From: a virus
IMG/VR virus record: IMGVR_UViG_3300005680_000007
Span: 4,017 to 68,016 of that record
Reading direction: 5' to 3' (one strand)
Length of the DNA: 64,000 nucleotides
A program made the translations under genes and the position numbers. The notes under the pieces are model-generated. The model saw only the letters and a list, made by a program, of their open reading frames with translations, was not told the origin of the DNA and did no database searches. Shown here piece by piece: positions 32,839 through 42,154 of the stretch (position 1 is the first letter of the stretch; every line of letters starts with the position of its first letter).

Positions 32839-33753
32839 ATGCCCATCGCACTTTCAAACATCCGCGATCTCCTCCTCCCCGGCCTCTGGGGCTTCACCGG
32901 CGAATACGACCAGCTGCCGCGTGTCTGGAACAAGGTCTACAAGACCCGCACGTCCAACATGGCGCTGGAGCGCAATGTTGCGATGCGCTTCCTGCCGATC
33001 GCGGCGATCAAGTCCGAAGGCGCGCCGACGGTCTTCGACGCCCAGTCCGGCGAGCGCTACGTCTACAACCAGGAGCACGACGAAATCGGTCTCGGTTTCG
33101 CGATCACCCGCAAGGCGATCGACGACAACCTCTACAAGACCGAATTCGGCCCGTCGGCGATGGGCCTGCGCAACGCCTTCCTCCGGCTCGAGGAAGTGCT
33201 GTCGGCGGACGTGTTCAACACCGCGACCACCTATGACGCGGCGGTCGGCGGCGACGGCAAGGCCTTTGCCGCAACCGACCATCCGGTCGATGGCGGCACG
33301 TTCTCGAACCTCGCCTCTCCGGCGGTGGCGCTGAACGAGACCTCGCTGCTCGACGCGCAGGTCGCGATCAATGCGAACTTCCGCGACAACGCCAACCAGC
33401 GCATGAATGCCAAGCCGCGGCGCCTGCTGATCCCGCCGCAGCTCGAGCCGACCGCGATCCGCCTGCTCAAGACGGAATTGCGCCCCGGCACCGGCAACAA
33501 CGACGTCAACGCCATCCTGTCCACGCAGGGCGGCGTGCCCGACGGCTATCTGGTCTGGAACTACCTGACCTCGACCGTCGGCTGGCAGTTGCTGACCGAT
33601 CAGGACGGCCTGGTGCACATGAACCGGGTGCCGTTCGAGACCGACATGAGCGTCGAATTCAGTACGGACAACTTGCTCGTCAAGGGGTACCAGCGCTACT
33701 CGTTCGGGTACTTCGATCCGCGCGCGGCCTATTTCAGCCGGCCGAGCGCGTAA
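32839..33753 (+). CDS. Major capsid protein (putative)
   Basis: 304 aa. Called from its position after the scaffold-like gene, plus size and composition. Confidence 0.55.
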   Translation: MPIALSNIRDLLLPGLWGFTGEYDQLPRVWNKVYKTRTSNMALERNVAMRFLPIAAIKSEGAPTVFDAQSGERYVYNQEHDEIGLGFAITRKAIDDNLYKTEFGPSAMGLRNAFLRLEEVLSADVFNTATTYDAAVGGDGKAFAATDHPVDGGTFSNLASPAVALNETSLLDAQVAINANFRDNANQRMNAKPRRLLIPPQLEPTAIRLLKTELRPGTGNNDVNAILSTQGGVPDGYLVWNYLTSTVGWQLLTDQDGLVHMNRVPFETDMSVEFSTDNLLVKGYQRYSFGYFDPRAAYFSRPSA

Positions 33754-33768
33754 GGGAGGGCTCGCACA

Positions 33769-34812
33769 ATGGCCCTCACCAACTTCCCGAACGGCCTGAC
33801 CTCGTTCGGTGTCCCCCTCGTCGGGGGCATCGGCGGCATCCCGCTCACCGGCACCTGGTTCTTCGTGAACCCGGCGACCGGCTCGGACGCCAACGACGGC
33901 CTGTCGCCGGAAACGCCGCTCGCGACGCTCTACATGGCCCATCACAAGATGACGGCCGGCAAGAACGACGTCTGCGTGCTGATCGGCGACGGCTCGACCA
34001 CCGGCGCGGCGCGGCTCTCGACCGCGCTCGCCCAGACGGTCAATTCCGCCGCCACCGCCGGCACGCTGGCATGGACCAAGAACGCCTGCCATCTGATCGG
34101 CGAGACGGCTCCGACCGCGGCCGCGTCCCGCGCGCACATCGCACCGCCCTCGGGCACCTATACCCAGGCGACGTTCGGCTCCGGCAATTTCGTCACGGTG
34201 TCAGCGCAGGGGTGCATCTTCGCCAATTTCTCGCTGTTCAACGGCTTTTCGACCGGCGGCAATAACCAGATTTGCTGGACGGACTCGGGCGGCCGGAATT
34301 CCTACTACAACGTGCAATTCGGCGGCGCGGGTGACGCGGCTTCGGCCGCTTCGACCACCAGCCGATCGCTGCTGATCACCGGCACCACCGGCGAGAACCT
34401 GTTCGCCAGCTGCACGATCGGTCTCGATACCGTGTCGCGCGGTGTGGCGAACGCCTCGATGGAATTCGCCGGCGGCTCGCCGCGCAACGTGTTCAAGAAC
34501 TGCCTGTTCCCGATGGTGGCCGGCGCGGCAACCCCGCTCTTCATCGTCACGGCGGCAGCCTCCGCGATCGACCGCTTCCAGTGGTTCTACGACTGCCTGT
34601 TCGTGAACGACATCAATTCGTCGGGCACGGCGCTGACGGTCGGTATTTCCATGGCTGCGTCCGCAGGCGGCATCCTGGTGATGCAGCGCTGCACGCTGGT
34701 CGGCGGCAATACCTCGACCAACTGGGGCGATGCCGCGGCGCTGTCCCAGATTTGGGTGGACGGTGGCGCCCCGACGGCCGGCACGACCGGCCTCGCGGTC
34801 AACCCGACCTGA
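33769..34812 (+). CDS. Beta-helix (pectate-lyase-like) structural protein
   Basis: 347 aa. FVNPATGSDANDGLSPETPLATL, then repetitive Gly/Asn/Thr-rich turns. Confidence 0.45.
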   Translation: MALTNFPNGLTSFGVPLVGGIGGIPLTGTWFFVNPATGSDANDGLSPETPLATLYMAHHKMTAGKNDVCVLIGDGSTTGAARLSTALAQTVNSAATAGTLAWTKNACHLIGETAPTAAASRAHIAPPSGTYTQATFGSGNFVTVSAQGCIFANFSLFNGFSTGGNNQICWTDSGGRNSYYNVQFGGAGDAASAASTTSRSLLITGTTGENLFASCTIGLDTVSRGVANASMEFAGGSPRNVFKNCLFPMVAGAATPLFIVTAAASAIDRFQWFYDCLFVNDINSSGTALTVGISMAASAGGILVMQRCTLVGGNTSTNWGDAAALSQIWVDGGAPTAGTTGLAVNPT

Positions 34813-34822
34813 TGGTGACGTC

Positions 34823-34993
34823 ATGAAGCATTCCGACAAGAAGCAGGACAAGGCCATGGCGAAGGCCGCGGTGCATAAGCACGAAAAGGCGATGCACCCC
34901 GGCAAGGCCATGACCCCGATGAAGCGCGGCGGCCGGCTGTCGCCGATGGCCGATGTCGCGTCCAAGAATCCCCTGGCCTACGGGGCCAAGTAA
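34823..34993 (+). CDS. Small lysine-rich protein
   Basis: 56 aa from ATG 34823 (MKHSDKKQDKAMAKAAVHKHEKAMHPGKAM...). Followed by a terminator. Confidence 0.4.
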   Translation: MKHSDKKQDKAMAKAAVHKHEKAMHPGKAMTPMKRGGRLSPMADVASKNPLAYGAK

Positions 34994-35027
34994 CGAGCCT
35001 CCTGCGGTCGCGTTCCGACCAAACTCC

Positions 35028-35055
35028 AAGGGGCGGCTTCGGCTGCCCCTTTTGC
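35028..35055 (+). terminator. Intrinsic terminator
   Basis: Stem GGGGCGGC (35030-35037) / GCTGCCCC (35042-35049), TTCG loop, then TTTT. Confidence 0.7.
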
Positions 35056-35071
35056 TTAGAGGGACCGGGCT

Positions 35072-35761
35072 ATGAGGCCAATCTACGTCTCCAAAACGCT
35101 TGCGGCCGCCGACGATAACGGCATCTGCGCCTCGCAGACCCCGGGCGCCGCGGGCAATATGACGATCAACGGTGTGCTGGCCTCTGGCGGCGTCGCCACG
35201 CTGGACACCCAGCGGATCGTGCTGTTCACCTTCGCGGCCGACGAAACCGGCACGAATTTCACGGTCTACGGGGCCGACGACAACGGTGTGAGCCTGCAGG
35301 AAACCGTGGCGGGCACCGCGACCACGGCCGTCACGACGCAGAGTTTCAAGACGGTCACGCGCATCGCGATCTCCGCCGCTGCGGCCGGCGCCATCATCGT
35401 CGGCACCAATGGCGTCGGCGCGACCCCGTGGCAGATCATCAGCAATGCCATGACCCCGACCGGGCTCGGCATCGGCATCACGGTCTCCGGCACGGTCGAT
35501 TTCACCTGGCAATACACCTTCGAGGATCCGAGCGGCACCTATCCGAACCCGGCGGCGGCGACCTCGGGCTATATCAACCCCGCGCAGCCCAACGCGATCA
35601 CGAAATTCCCGACCGCGTGGAACCTGACCGCGCTCGCGGCCAAGTCGGCGAACACGGATTCCTCGAGATCATCGCCGATCTATGCGTGGCGGCTGCAGAT
35701 CAATTCCGGCACCGGCACCGCGCAGGCCACGGTGGTGCAGGCCGGGATCGCGGGCAACTGA
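35072..35761 (+). CDS. Virion structural protein
   Basis: 229 aa. AGAGGGA precedes ATG 35072. Gly/Thr/Ala-rich. Confidence 0.5.
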   Translation: MRPIYVSKTLAAADDNGICASQTPGAAGNMTINGVLASGGVATLDTQRIVLFTFAADETGTNFTVYGADDNGVSLQETVAGTATTAVTTQSFKTVTRIAISAAAAGAIIVGTNGVGATPWQIISNAMTPTGLGIGITVSGTVDFTWQYTFEDPSGTYPNPAAATSGYINPAQPNAITKFPTAWNLTALAAKSANTDSSRSSPIYAWRLQINSGTGTAQATVVQAGIAGN

Positions 35762-35767
35762 CGCGAC

Positions 35768-36457
35768 ATGGCCTCGAGCGGCACCTACGCATTCGCCCTG
35801 TCGAATGCGGATGTCCTGATTGAGGGTTTTTCCCGGTGCGGTGTGCGCCGGACGTCGCTCCTCGCCGAGCACATGAAGGACGGCCAGCGCGCGATCAACC
35901 TCGCGATGGTGACGTTCTCCAACAAGCAGCCGAACCTCTGGACCTCGGAGGAACAGACGCTGGACCTGACCGAGGGCACGATCACGTATTCGCTGCCGGC
36001 CCGCAGCGTGATGATCCTGTCCTGTTTCATCCGGACCGGCAGCGGCGACACCCAGCAGGACCGCATCTGCTGGCCGATCAGCCAATTCGATTACGCCAGC
36101 CTGCCGAACAAGAACGCCGAGGGCTTCCCGAGCCAATACTGGTTTGATCGGCAGATCACCCCGGAGATTTCGTTCTATCTCGTCCCTGACGCGGACGACA
36201 CCTACACCGCGCATTTGCAGATCGTGCGGCAGATTCAGGACGCCAACCTGCCGGGCGGCGAGACCCCGGATATTCCCTATCGCTGGATCGATGCTTTGTG
36301 CGCCGAGACCGCGTACCGGCTGTCGCGCATCTACGCCCCGGACAAGGAGCAATTGCGCAAGGCCGACGCGGCCGAGGCTTGGGCGATCGCGGCGATCCAG
36401 GACACCGAGAACGTATCGATGTCGATCGCGCCGGCGCTCGGCGGGTATTATCGTTAG
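35768..36457 (+). CDS. Virion structural protein (distantly resembles 40710-41405 and 41402-42088)
   Basis: 229 aa. Same length class and shared pattern (T.-L-T....Y/F-S/T-LP ... P-I-S ... PD..Y). Confidence 0.45.
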   Translation: MASSGTYAFALSNADVLIEGFSRCGVRRTSLLAEHMKDGQRAINLAMVTFSNKQPNLWTSEEQTLDLTEGTITYSLPARSVMILSCFIRTGSGDTQQDRICWPISQFDYASLPNKNAEGFPSQYWFDRQITPEISFYLVPDADDTYTAHLQIVRQIQDANLPGGETPDIPYRWIDALCAETAYRLSRIYAPDKEQLRKADAAEAWAIAAIQDTENVSMSIAPALGGYYR

Positions 36458-36461
36458 CCGC

Positions 36462-37106
36462 ATGTTGAAAACATCGCTGGACAAGCCTGCCGTTGTCTAC
36501 CTGATCACAAATTCCGTGACCGGGAAGACCTACATAGGCGTGACCACACGCACGCTGCGTCGCCGACTAAATGAGCACTTTGCGGGCGCGCGCTTCGGTG
36601 GTGAGAGCCGTTTCTATCGCGCTCTGCGGAAATATGACCGAAGTGTTTTCTCTATCGAAACCCTTCGCCAATGCCAAACCACGCGCGAGGCGCTCGTGGC
36701 AGAGCAAGAACTTATCGCAGAGATGAAGCCCAAATATAACTCGACCCTTGGAGGGGACGGGCAATTTGGGCGGTCAATATCGGCTGCTGGGAAGGCTCGG
36801 ATTTCCGCCGCTCAAAAAGGAAAGGCAAGGTTCCTTGGCCGCAAGCACAGCGACGAAACAAAGCAGATGCTTCGCGATCTCGGACACAAGAATATCTCGA
36901 TATTCAAGCGCTATTCTCTCTTGGGCCCCGCGTCTCAGGCGCGGCCGGTAATCTGTGTTGATGATGGACTCTCATTCCACAGCGCATCTGCCGCTGCGGC
37001 CCACTATGGGCTTTCAAAAAGCTTGATCATTGAAGTTTGCCTCAAGAAGCCGTACCGGAAAACGGCGGGGGGGAAGCGGTTTGCTTATGCTGGAGAAGCC
37101 GCATGA
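36462..37106 (+). CDS. GIY-YIG homing-type endonuclease
   Basis: 214 aa. VVYLITNSVTGKTYIGVT...RLNEH, with repeated G.K.S.ETK-type (NUMOD-like) segments. Visibly AT-richer than its neighbours. Confidence 0.75.
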   Translation: MLKTSLDKPAVVYLITNSVTGKTYIGVTTRTLRRRLNEHFAGARFGGESRFYRALRKYDRSVFSIETLRQCQTTREALVAEQELIAEMKPKYNSTLGGDGQFGRSISAAGKARISAAQKGKARFLGRKHSDETKQMLRDLGHKNISIFKRYSLLGPASQARPVICVDDGLSFHSASAAAAHYGLSKSLIIEVCLKKPYRKTAGGKRFAYAGEAA

Positions 37107-37501
37107 GCGGCCCGTGGCACCCTACAGGAAGGGCTCGCGTAAACCCTTCGAACCCAGAAGCTGCCGGAATTTGTGACCGTTGCGGCATGATGTTCTCCAT
37201 GCGCGATCTCGTGCCGCAATATCAGTGGCAGGGGATGCAGCTGCAGAATATCGGCATTCTGGTTTGCACCGCGACCTGCCTCGACACGCCGCAAATCCAG
37301 TTGAAGACGATCATCCTGCCGCCGGACCCGATGCCGCTGCAGGTCACGCGGCCGGAACGCTATGGCGAGAATGTGCCGTCCTTCATGTCGACCGAAGACG
37401 GCGATCACCTGACCACCACCACTGGCGACAACCTGACCATGGCGATCCGCGTCACGCCGTCGCCCGACCCCAACACCCCGTATTATTTCGATGAAGAATA
37501 G
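37103..37501 (+). CDS. Hypothetical tail-module protein
   Basis: 132 aa from ATG 37103 (ATGA overlap). Confidence 0.5.
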   Translation: MSGPWHPTGRARVNPSNPEAAGICDRCGMMFSMRDLVPQYQWQGMQLQNIGILVCTATCLDTPQIQLKTIILPPDPMPLQVTRPERYGENVPSFMSTEDGDHLTTTTGDNLTMAIRVTPSPDPNTPYYFDEE

Positions 37502-37509
37502 ACCGCCCC

Positions 37510-39996
37510 ATGGCTAACGCCACCATGCTCAATCTGCCCGTCGCCACTGGGCTCGACGGGTCTGAATATGCGTGGATCAACCAGGGCGGCACCGACAAGC
37601 GCGCGACCCTTGCGGACATTGCCAACACCGCATCGGGCTTTATCCCGTTTGACCTCTCGAACCTCAATCCGATGCTGGTCACGGACTCGTTCACGGTTTA
37701 CGAGACCGCGACCGGCAATTACGCGCGCGCGACCTTCCCGAACGCAATGAAGGCCCTGACCGGGCTCACCGCGCTCGCCGTTCCGAACCTCACCAACGAC
37801 TACCTGATCATCAACCGGGCGGCGGATAACACCACCTATAAGATCAACGTCAGCGCGTTCGGCCTGGCGAGCGGCAATCTGCCGGCGGGTGGCACCCGCG
37901 GGCAATTGCTCGCCAAGAACTCGTCGACCGATTACGACGCCACTTGGTCGTCGACGATCTTCGATGGCAGCGGCAATACCGAACTCGCCTTCACCGCGAC
38001 GGCCTCGGCGGTCAACTATCTCCGCGTCACCAACAATTCGACCGGCGGCACGCCGCTCCTGTCGTCAGATGGCGAAACCAACGTCCCGATCCGCATTGCC
38101 TCCAAGGCGGCGGCCTCGGTGTTCCTGCGCACCGACGGCACCGACCGCGTCACCGTGGGCTCGACCGGCATCGTCACGGTATCGGCTGCGGTCGCCTCGA
38201 CCAATACCTCGACCGGTGCGATCGTGCTGTCCGGCGCATCGGCAGGCATCGGGCTCCCGGGGGCCATTTTTGCCGGTGGCAACGTCAATGCGGCGGCCTT
38301 GGTCCCGACCGGTGCTTCGGTCCCCAGCAATGGCATGTATTTGCCGTCGGCCAACACGCTGGGCTTTGCCACCAATTCCGGGGCCGTGGCCTCGATCGGC
38401 GCCACCGGAATCGTCACCCTGCTCGGAGCCGTGGCGTCCACCACCACCGGCACCGGCACCCTCGTCCTGTCCGGGGCTTCGGCCGGCATCGGCCTCGCTG
38501 GCGCGCTGTTTGCCGGCGGCAATGTCAACGGTGCCGCGCTCGTCCCCACCGGTTCGAGCGTGCCTGCGAACGGTGTCTATCTGCCGGCGGCCAATACCGT
38601 CAGCATCGCCACCAACACGACGGAGCGCTTCCGTGTTGACAGCGTCGGGGCGGTGCAGGTCGGCGCCGGCGCCATCACCACCGGCTATTCGTTCTCAAAT
38701 ATCCGCAACATCACCGGAGCCGTGTCGTCGCACGCCAACGTGTCGTCCGGGACCGTGCAATCCGACGTCACCACCCAGGCATCGGGCTACCTGACGCTGC
38801 TCGGCGTCCAGAACGCGGCCTTCACGCTGCCAATCCTGTACCACTACCGCGCCGCGCAGGGCACGTTCGGCGGTTCGGCGACCATCACCAATCAGTACGG
38901 CTTTGCCGCAGGTTCGAACCTGACGGGGGCGGGCACCAATTACGGCTTCTGGACCGATCTTGCTGCGTCGGGTGCCGCTCGCTTTGCCTATTACAGTGCC
39001 GGTTCGGCTCCGAGCCTGCTGACCGGCATCCTGACGCTTGCTTCGGCGACCGCGTCCACGTCGACCTCCACGGGTGCCCTCGTCCTGACGGGCGCGTCCG
39101 GCGGCATCGGCCTGCTGGGCGCCATCTTCGCGGGGGGCAACGTCAACGCCGCCGCGCTGGTGCCGACGGGGTCCGCCGTCCCCGCCAATGGCATGTACCT
39201 GCCGAGCGCCAATACCGTCAGCTTCGCTACCGCCTCCACCGAGCGCATGAGGATCGATAGCGCGGGCAACGTCCAGGTCGGCGCCGGCGCGACCACCGCT
39301 GGCCGCATCTTCTCCAGCGTGAAGCAGATGACGGGCGCGGCCACGTCCTACGCCAACGCGACCTTTGCGCAGATCCAGTCCGATGTGACGACGGCGGCGC
39401 ATGGGTTCTTCTCGTCGCTCGCGGTTGCCAACGCATCGTTCACGCTCCCGGCCCTCTACGCTTTCCGCGCCATCCAAGGCTCGTTCGGCGGTTCGGCCAC
39501 CGTTACCAGCCAGTTCGGGTTTATCGCCGACAACACGCTGATCGGGGCGACGACGAATTACGGCTTCTACTCGCTGCTCGCGGCATCGGGTGCGACCCGC
39601 TACGCCTTCTACGCGGCAGGAACGGCGCCCTCGCTGTTCGCTGGCGTGACCAGCTTCACGGTGGGCACCGCCGCGACCTCGACCACGACCGGATCGGTGG
39701 TCGTCACCGGCGGCATCGGTGCCAGCGGCGCGATCTACGCCGGGGGCCTGATCAACTCCGCGGCGGCCGTCGCCGCCCATTCCGCCACCGCAATTCCGGC
39801 CGGCGGCACCGCGGGCGCGGGCTTCGTGTTCTCGTCCACCGCGAATTTCGGGATGTTTTTCGGCTCCGGTGCGCCGACGCTCTCTGCTGCCCAGGGCTCG
39901 CTCTACCTGCGCTCGGACGGCTCGTCCACGTCGACGCGCCTCTACGTCAACACCAACGGCTCCACGACGTGGACCAATCTCACTTCCGCAGCATAA
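37510..39996 (+). CDS. Tail fibre protein with internal module repeats
   Basis: 828 aa, Gly/Ala/Thr/Ser-rich. The repeated block S.STGA.VL.GASGGIGL.GA.FAGGNVN.AALVPTGS.VPANG.YLP.ANT occurs at least three times. Confidence 0.7.
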   Translation: MANATMLNLPVATGLDGSEYAWINQGGTDKRATLADIANTASGFIPFDLSNLNPMLVTDSFTVYETATGNYARATFPNAMKALTGLTALAVPNLTNDYLIINRAADNTTYKINVSAFGLASGNLPAGGTRGQLLAKNSSTDYDATWSSTIFDGSGNTELAFTATASAVNYLRVTNNSTGGTPLLSSDGETNVPIRIASKAAASVFLRTDGTDRVTVGSTGIVTVSAAVASTNTSTGAIVLSGASAGIGLPGAIFAGGNVNAAALVPTGASVPSNGMYLPSANTLGFATNSGAVASIGATGIVTLLGAVASTTTGTGTLVLSGASAGIGLAGALFAGGNVNGAALVPTGSSVPANGVYLPAANTVSIATNTTERFRVDSVGAVQVGAGAITTGYSFSNIRNITGAVSSHANVSSGTVQSDVTTQASGYLTLLGVQNAAFTLPILYHYRAAQGTFGGSATITNQYGFAAGSNLTGAGTNYGFWTDLAASGAARFAYYSAGSAPSLLTGILTLASATASTSTSTGALVLTGASGGIGLLGAIFAGGNVNAAALVPTGSAVPANGMYLPSANTVSFATASTERMRIDSAGNVQVGAGATTAGRIFSSVKQMTGAATSYANATFAQIQSDVTTAAHGFFSSLAVANASFTLPALYAFRAIQGSFGGSATVTSQFGFIADNTLIGATTNYGFYSLLAASGATRYAFYAAGTAPSLFAGVTSFTVGTAATSTTTGSVVVTGGIGASGAIYAGGLINSAAAVAAHSATAIPAGGTAGAGFVFSSTANFGMFFGSGAPTLSAAQGSLYLRSDGSSTSTRLYVNTNGSTTWTNLTSAA
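38194..39760. repeat. Intragenic module repeats of the fibre gene (approximate limits)
   Basis: Module starts near 38194, 38434, 39044 and 39667. The two long copies are about 610-620 nt apart. Confidence 0.7.
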
Positions 39997-40001
39997 GGAA
40001 A

Positions 40002-40334
40002 ATGACCATGCCGGAATATAAAGCCTGGCGCTTCCAGTGTGACATCCCTTACGGCGAGGACGATCCGTTCGTCACCGTGTTCCTCGGCCCCGTTGTCGAA
40101 GGCCGAGAAGGCACGAACATCCAGCAGGACGCCAGCAACCCTCTGACCATGCGGCTGTCTGACCTCGGCAAATACATCGCCGGCGGCGTCGATCACGCCA
40201 ACCTGTCCGCGAAGCAGCAGGACGAAATCGAAGCCAGGGCCGCGGCCAAGGCCGAAGCCGAACTGGCCGATCAGGCAGAGCGCGCCAAGATCGCGGCCGA
40301 ACAGGCCGCGGCAGCAGCGCCTGCGCGCGGCTGA
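40002..40334 (+). CDS. Hypothetical protein
   Basis: 110 aa from ATG 40002, after AAGGAAA. Confidence 0.5.
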   Translation: MTMPEYKAWRFQCDIPYGEDDPFVTVFLGPVVEGREGTNIQQDASNPLTMRLSDLGKYIAGGVDHANLSAKQQDEIEARAAAKAEAELADQAERAKIAAEQAAAAAPARG

Positions 40335-40368
40335 TCCATCCGTTCCCCACCAGCAAGAGGCGTCCCCT

Positions 40369-40710
40369 GTGAAGACCTTCACGTTCAACACCTGTCCGCC
40401 GAAGAAAAACGCCCAGGGCATCGAAGTCGCGTTCGAGCCGAAGTCGATCCTGCACGGCATCGTCATCAACGCCCCGCAAGGACACGGATTCACCCTCGAC
40501 ATGATGCGCAAGCGGCTGCGTATCGCCGATGTCCTCGAAAAGACCGAAGGCCTCACCATCACGCTCGAGGACGCCGATCACGCGCAACTCTGCGACATCC
40601 TCAACAATTTCCCGACCTTCCTCGGCGGCGACTTCATCAAGGAAGTGGTCGAAATGTGCGACACCGTCCTGAAAGCCAAGGACGCACCGCGGGATAAGAA
40701 AGCGGCCTGA
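40369..40710 (+). CDS. Hypothetical protein
   Basis: 113 aa, GTG start. Confidence 0.5.
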   Translation: MKTFTFNTCPPKKNAQGIEVAFEPKSILHGIVINAPQGHGFTLDMMRKRLRIADVLEKTEGLTITLEDADHAQLCDILNNFPTFLGGDFIKEVVEMCDTVLKAKDAPRDKKAA

Positions 40711-41405
40711 TGTCCTACACCTACTCGACCTACACAACTGCCCTTGCGCAGTTGATGGTTATGGAAGAGTCGGACCCGCTGTTCGTCGCGATCGAGCCGT
40801 CGGTCATCGATTACGCCGAGCAGCGCTGCTACACTGACCTGAACCTGCTGGCGACGACGGTGCGCAACGCAACGCTGAGCACCACGCCCAACAGCCGGTC
40901 CTTCACCCTGCCGGTCCCGAGCGAGGGCTATTTCCTGATCGTGCAGGGGATGAATGCGATCACGCCGGCGGGCGGCACTACCGCCACCGGCACCCGAAAC
41001 CCGATTTCTCCCGCCGCGCTCCGGCTCGTGGATTTCCTCTATCCCACGGAGACCGCCCCGAGTACGCCCTCGGTGCCGTCCCTCTACGCGATGGTGACGG
41101 ATACCCAGGTCGTGTTCGGCCCGGCGCCGGACGCCGCCTATCTGATCGAAGTCATCGGCACGGTGCGACCGACCGCAATGTCGGTCAGCAATCCGAGCAC
41201 CATTCTCAGCAGCCATTTCCCGCAGCTGCTGATCACCGCGTCGATGGTGTTCGCCTCGGGTTACCAGAAGAATTTCGGCTCGCAGGCCGACGATCCCAAG
41301 ATGGCGATCTCCTGGGAAAGCCAGTACCAGACCCTGCTCAAATCGGCCCAGACGCAGGAGACGCGCAAGAAGCTCAACCAGACTTTTGCGGGCATGCAGT
41401 CATGA
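40710..41405 (+). CDS. Virion structural protein, paralogue A
   Basis: 231 aa. Clearly similar to the next gene (IDYAEQRCYTDLNLL vs IDYGEQRCYRDLDLL; YAMVTDTQVVFGPAPDAAYLIEVIGTVRPT vs YAMVTDQTIIVGPVPNAGFTVEVIGTIRPT). Confidence 0.6.
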   Translation: MSYTYSTYTTALAQLMVMEESDPLFVAIEPSVIDYAEQRCYTDLNLLATTVRNATLSTTPNSRSFTLPVPSEGYFLIVQGMNAITPAGGTTATGTRNPISPAALRLVDFLYPTETAPSTPSVPSLYAMVTDTQVVFGPAPDAAYLIEVIGTVRPTAMSVSNPSTILSSHFPQLLITASMVFASGYQKNFGSQADDPKMAISWESQYQTLLKSAQTQETRKKLNQTFAGMQS

Positions 41406-42088
41406 GCATGACCTTCCAGACCTATGTGCAGCGCTTGTTCGACGAGAGCGCGGCCATAAAGTCCGATTTCAACCCGCAAATCCTGGTCCCCGGCGCAATC
41501 GATTACGGCGAACAGCGCTGCTATCGCGACCTGGACCTGTTGAACACGGTGACGCGGCAGACCGGGACGCTCACATCCGGGTCACGCGATTTTACGCTGC
41601 CGAGCGCATCCGGCCGCTTCGTGGTCACGAACGGCATCAATGTCATCACCCCATCGTCGCAGGCTACGCCCAATCTCGGTACCAGGGTGCAGCTTGAGTC
41701 GGTGTCGCGCGACTACATGGACGCGGTCTGGCCGTCCACGGCCGGGACCGGGACACCGTCCTGCTACGCCATGGTCACTGACCAGACCATCATTGTGGGC
41801 CCGGTGCCGAATGCGGGCTTCACGGTCGAGGTCATCGGCACCATCCGGCCGACGCCGCTCTCGTCCAGCAACACGACCACCTACCTGACGCTGTATCTGC
41901 CGGACCTGTTTCTCGCCGCCTCGATGATCTATCTGGCCAATCTTGCCGAAAAGGCTGCCGTTCCCGCCTGGGAGCAGCAATATGCGACCCGGCTCGCGTC
42001 CGCGAACGTCGAAGAGAACCGGAAGAAATACGCCTCTGGTGCTTGGGGATCGCTGCAGCCGACCCCGATCGCAACGCCCGGCCGATAA
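41402..42088 (+). CDS. Virion structural protein, paralogue B
   Basis: 228 aa. Tandem duplicate of 40710-41405. Confidence 0.6.
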   Translation: MSMTFQTYVQRLFDESAAIKSDFNPQILVPGAIDYGEQRCYRDLDLLNTVTRQTGTLTSGSRDFTLPSASGRFVVTNGINVITPSSQATPNLGTRVQLESVSRDYMDAVWPSTAGTGTPSCYAMVTDQTIIVGPVPNAGFTVEVIGTIRPTPLSSSNTTTYLTLYLPDLFLAASMIYLANLAEKAAVPAWEQQYATRLASANVEENRKKYASGAWGSLQPTPIATPGR

Positions 42089-42154
42089 CCCACCGCGTCT
42101 CCCTGCCATGCGTCCTTCCCCGGTCCCGCCGGGGCTGCCGACGGAATCCGCGCA

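Noticed and set aside
37510-39996. Diversity-generating retroelement acting on the repeated fibre modules
   Set aside because: I found no reverse transcriptase anywhere in the window. The differences between copies are not confined to adenine-templated positions.
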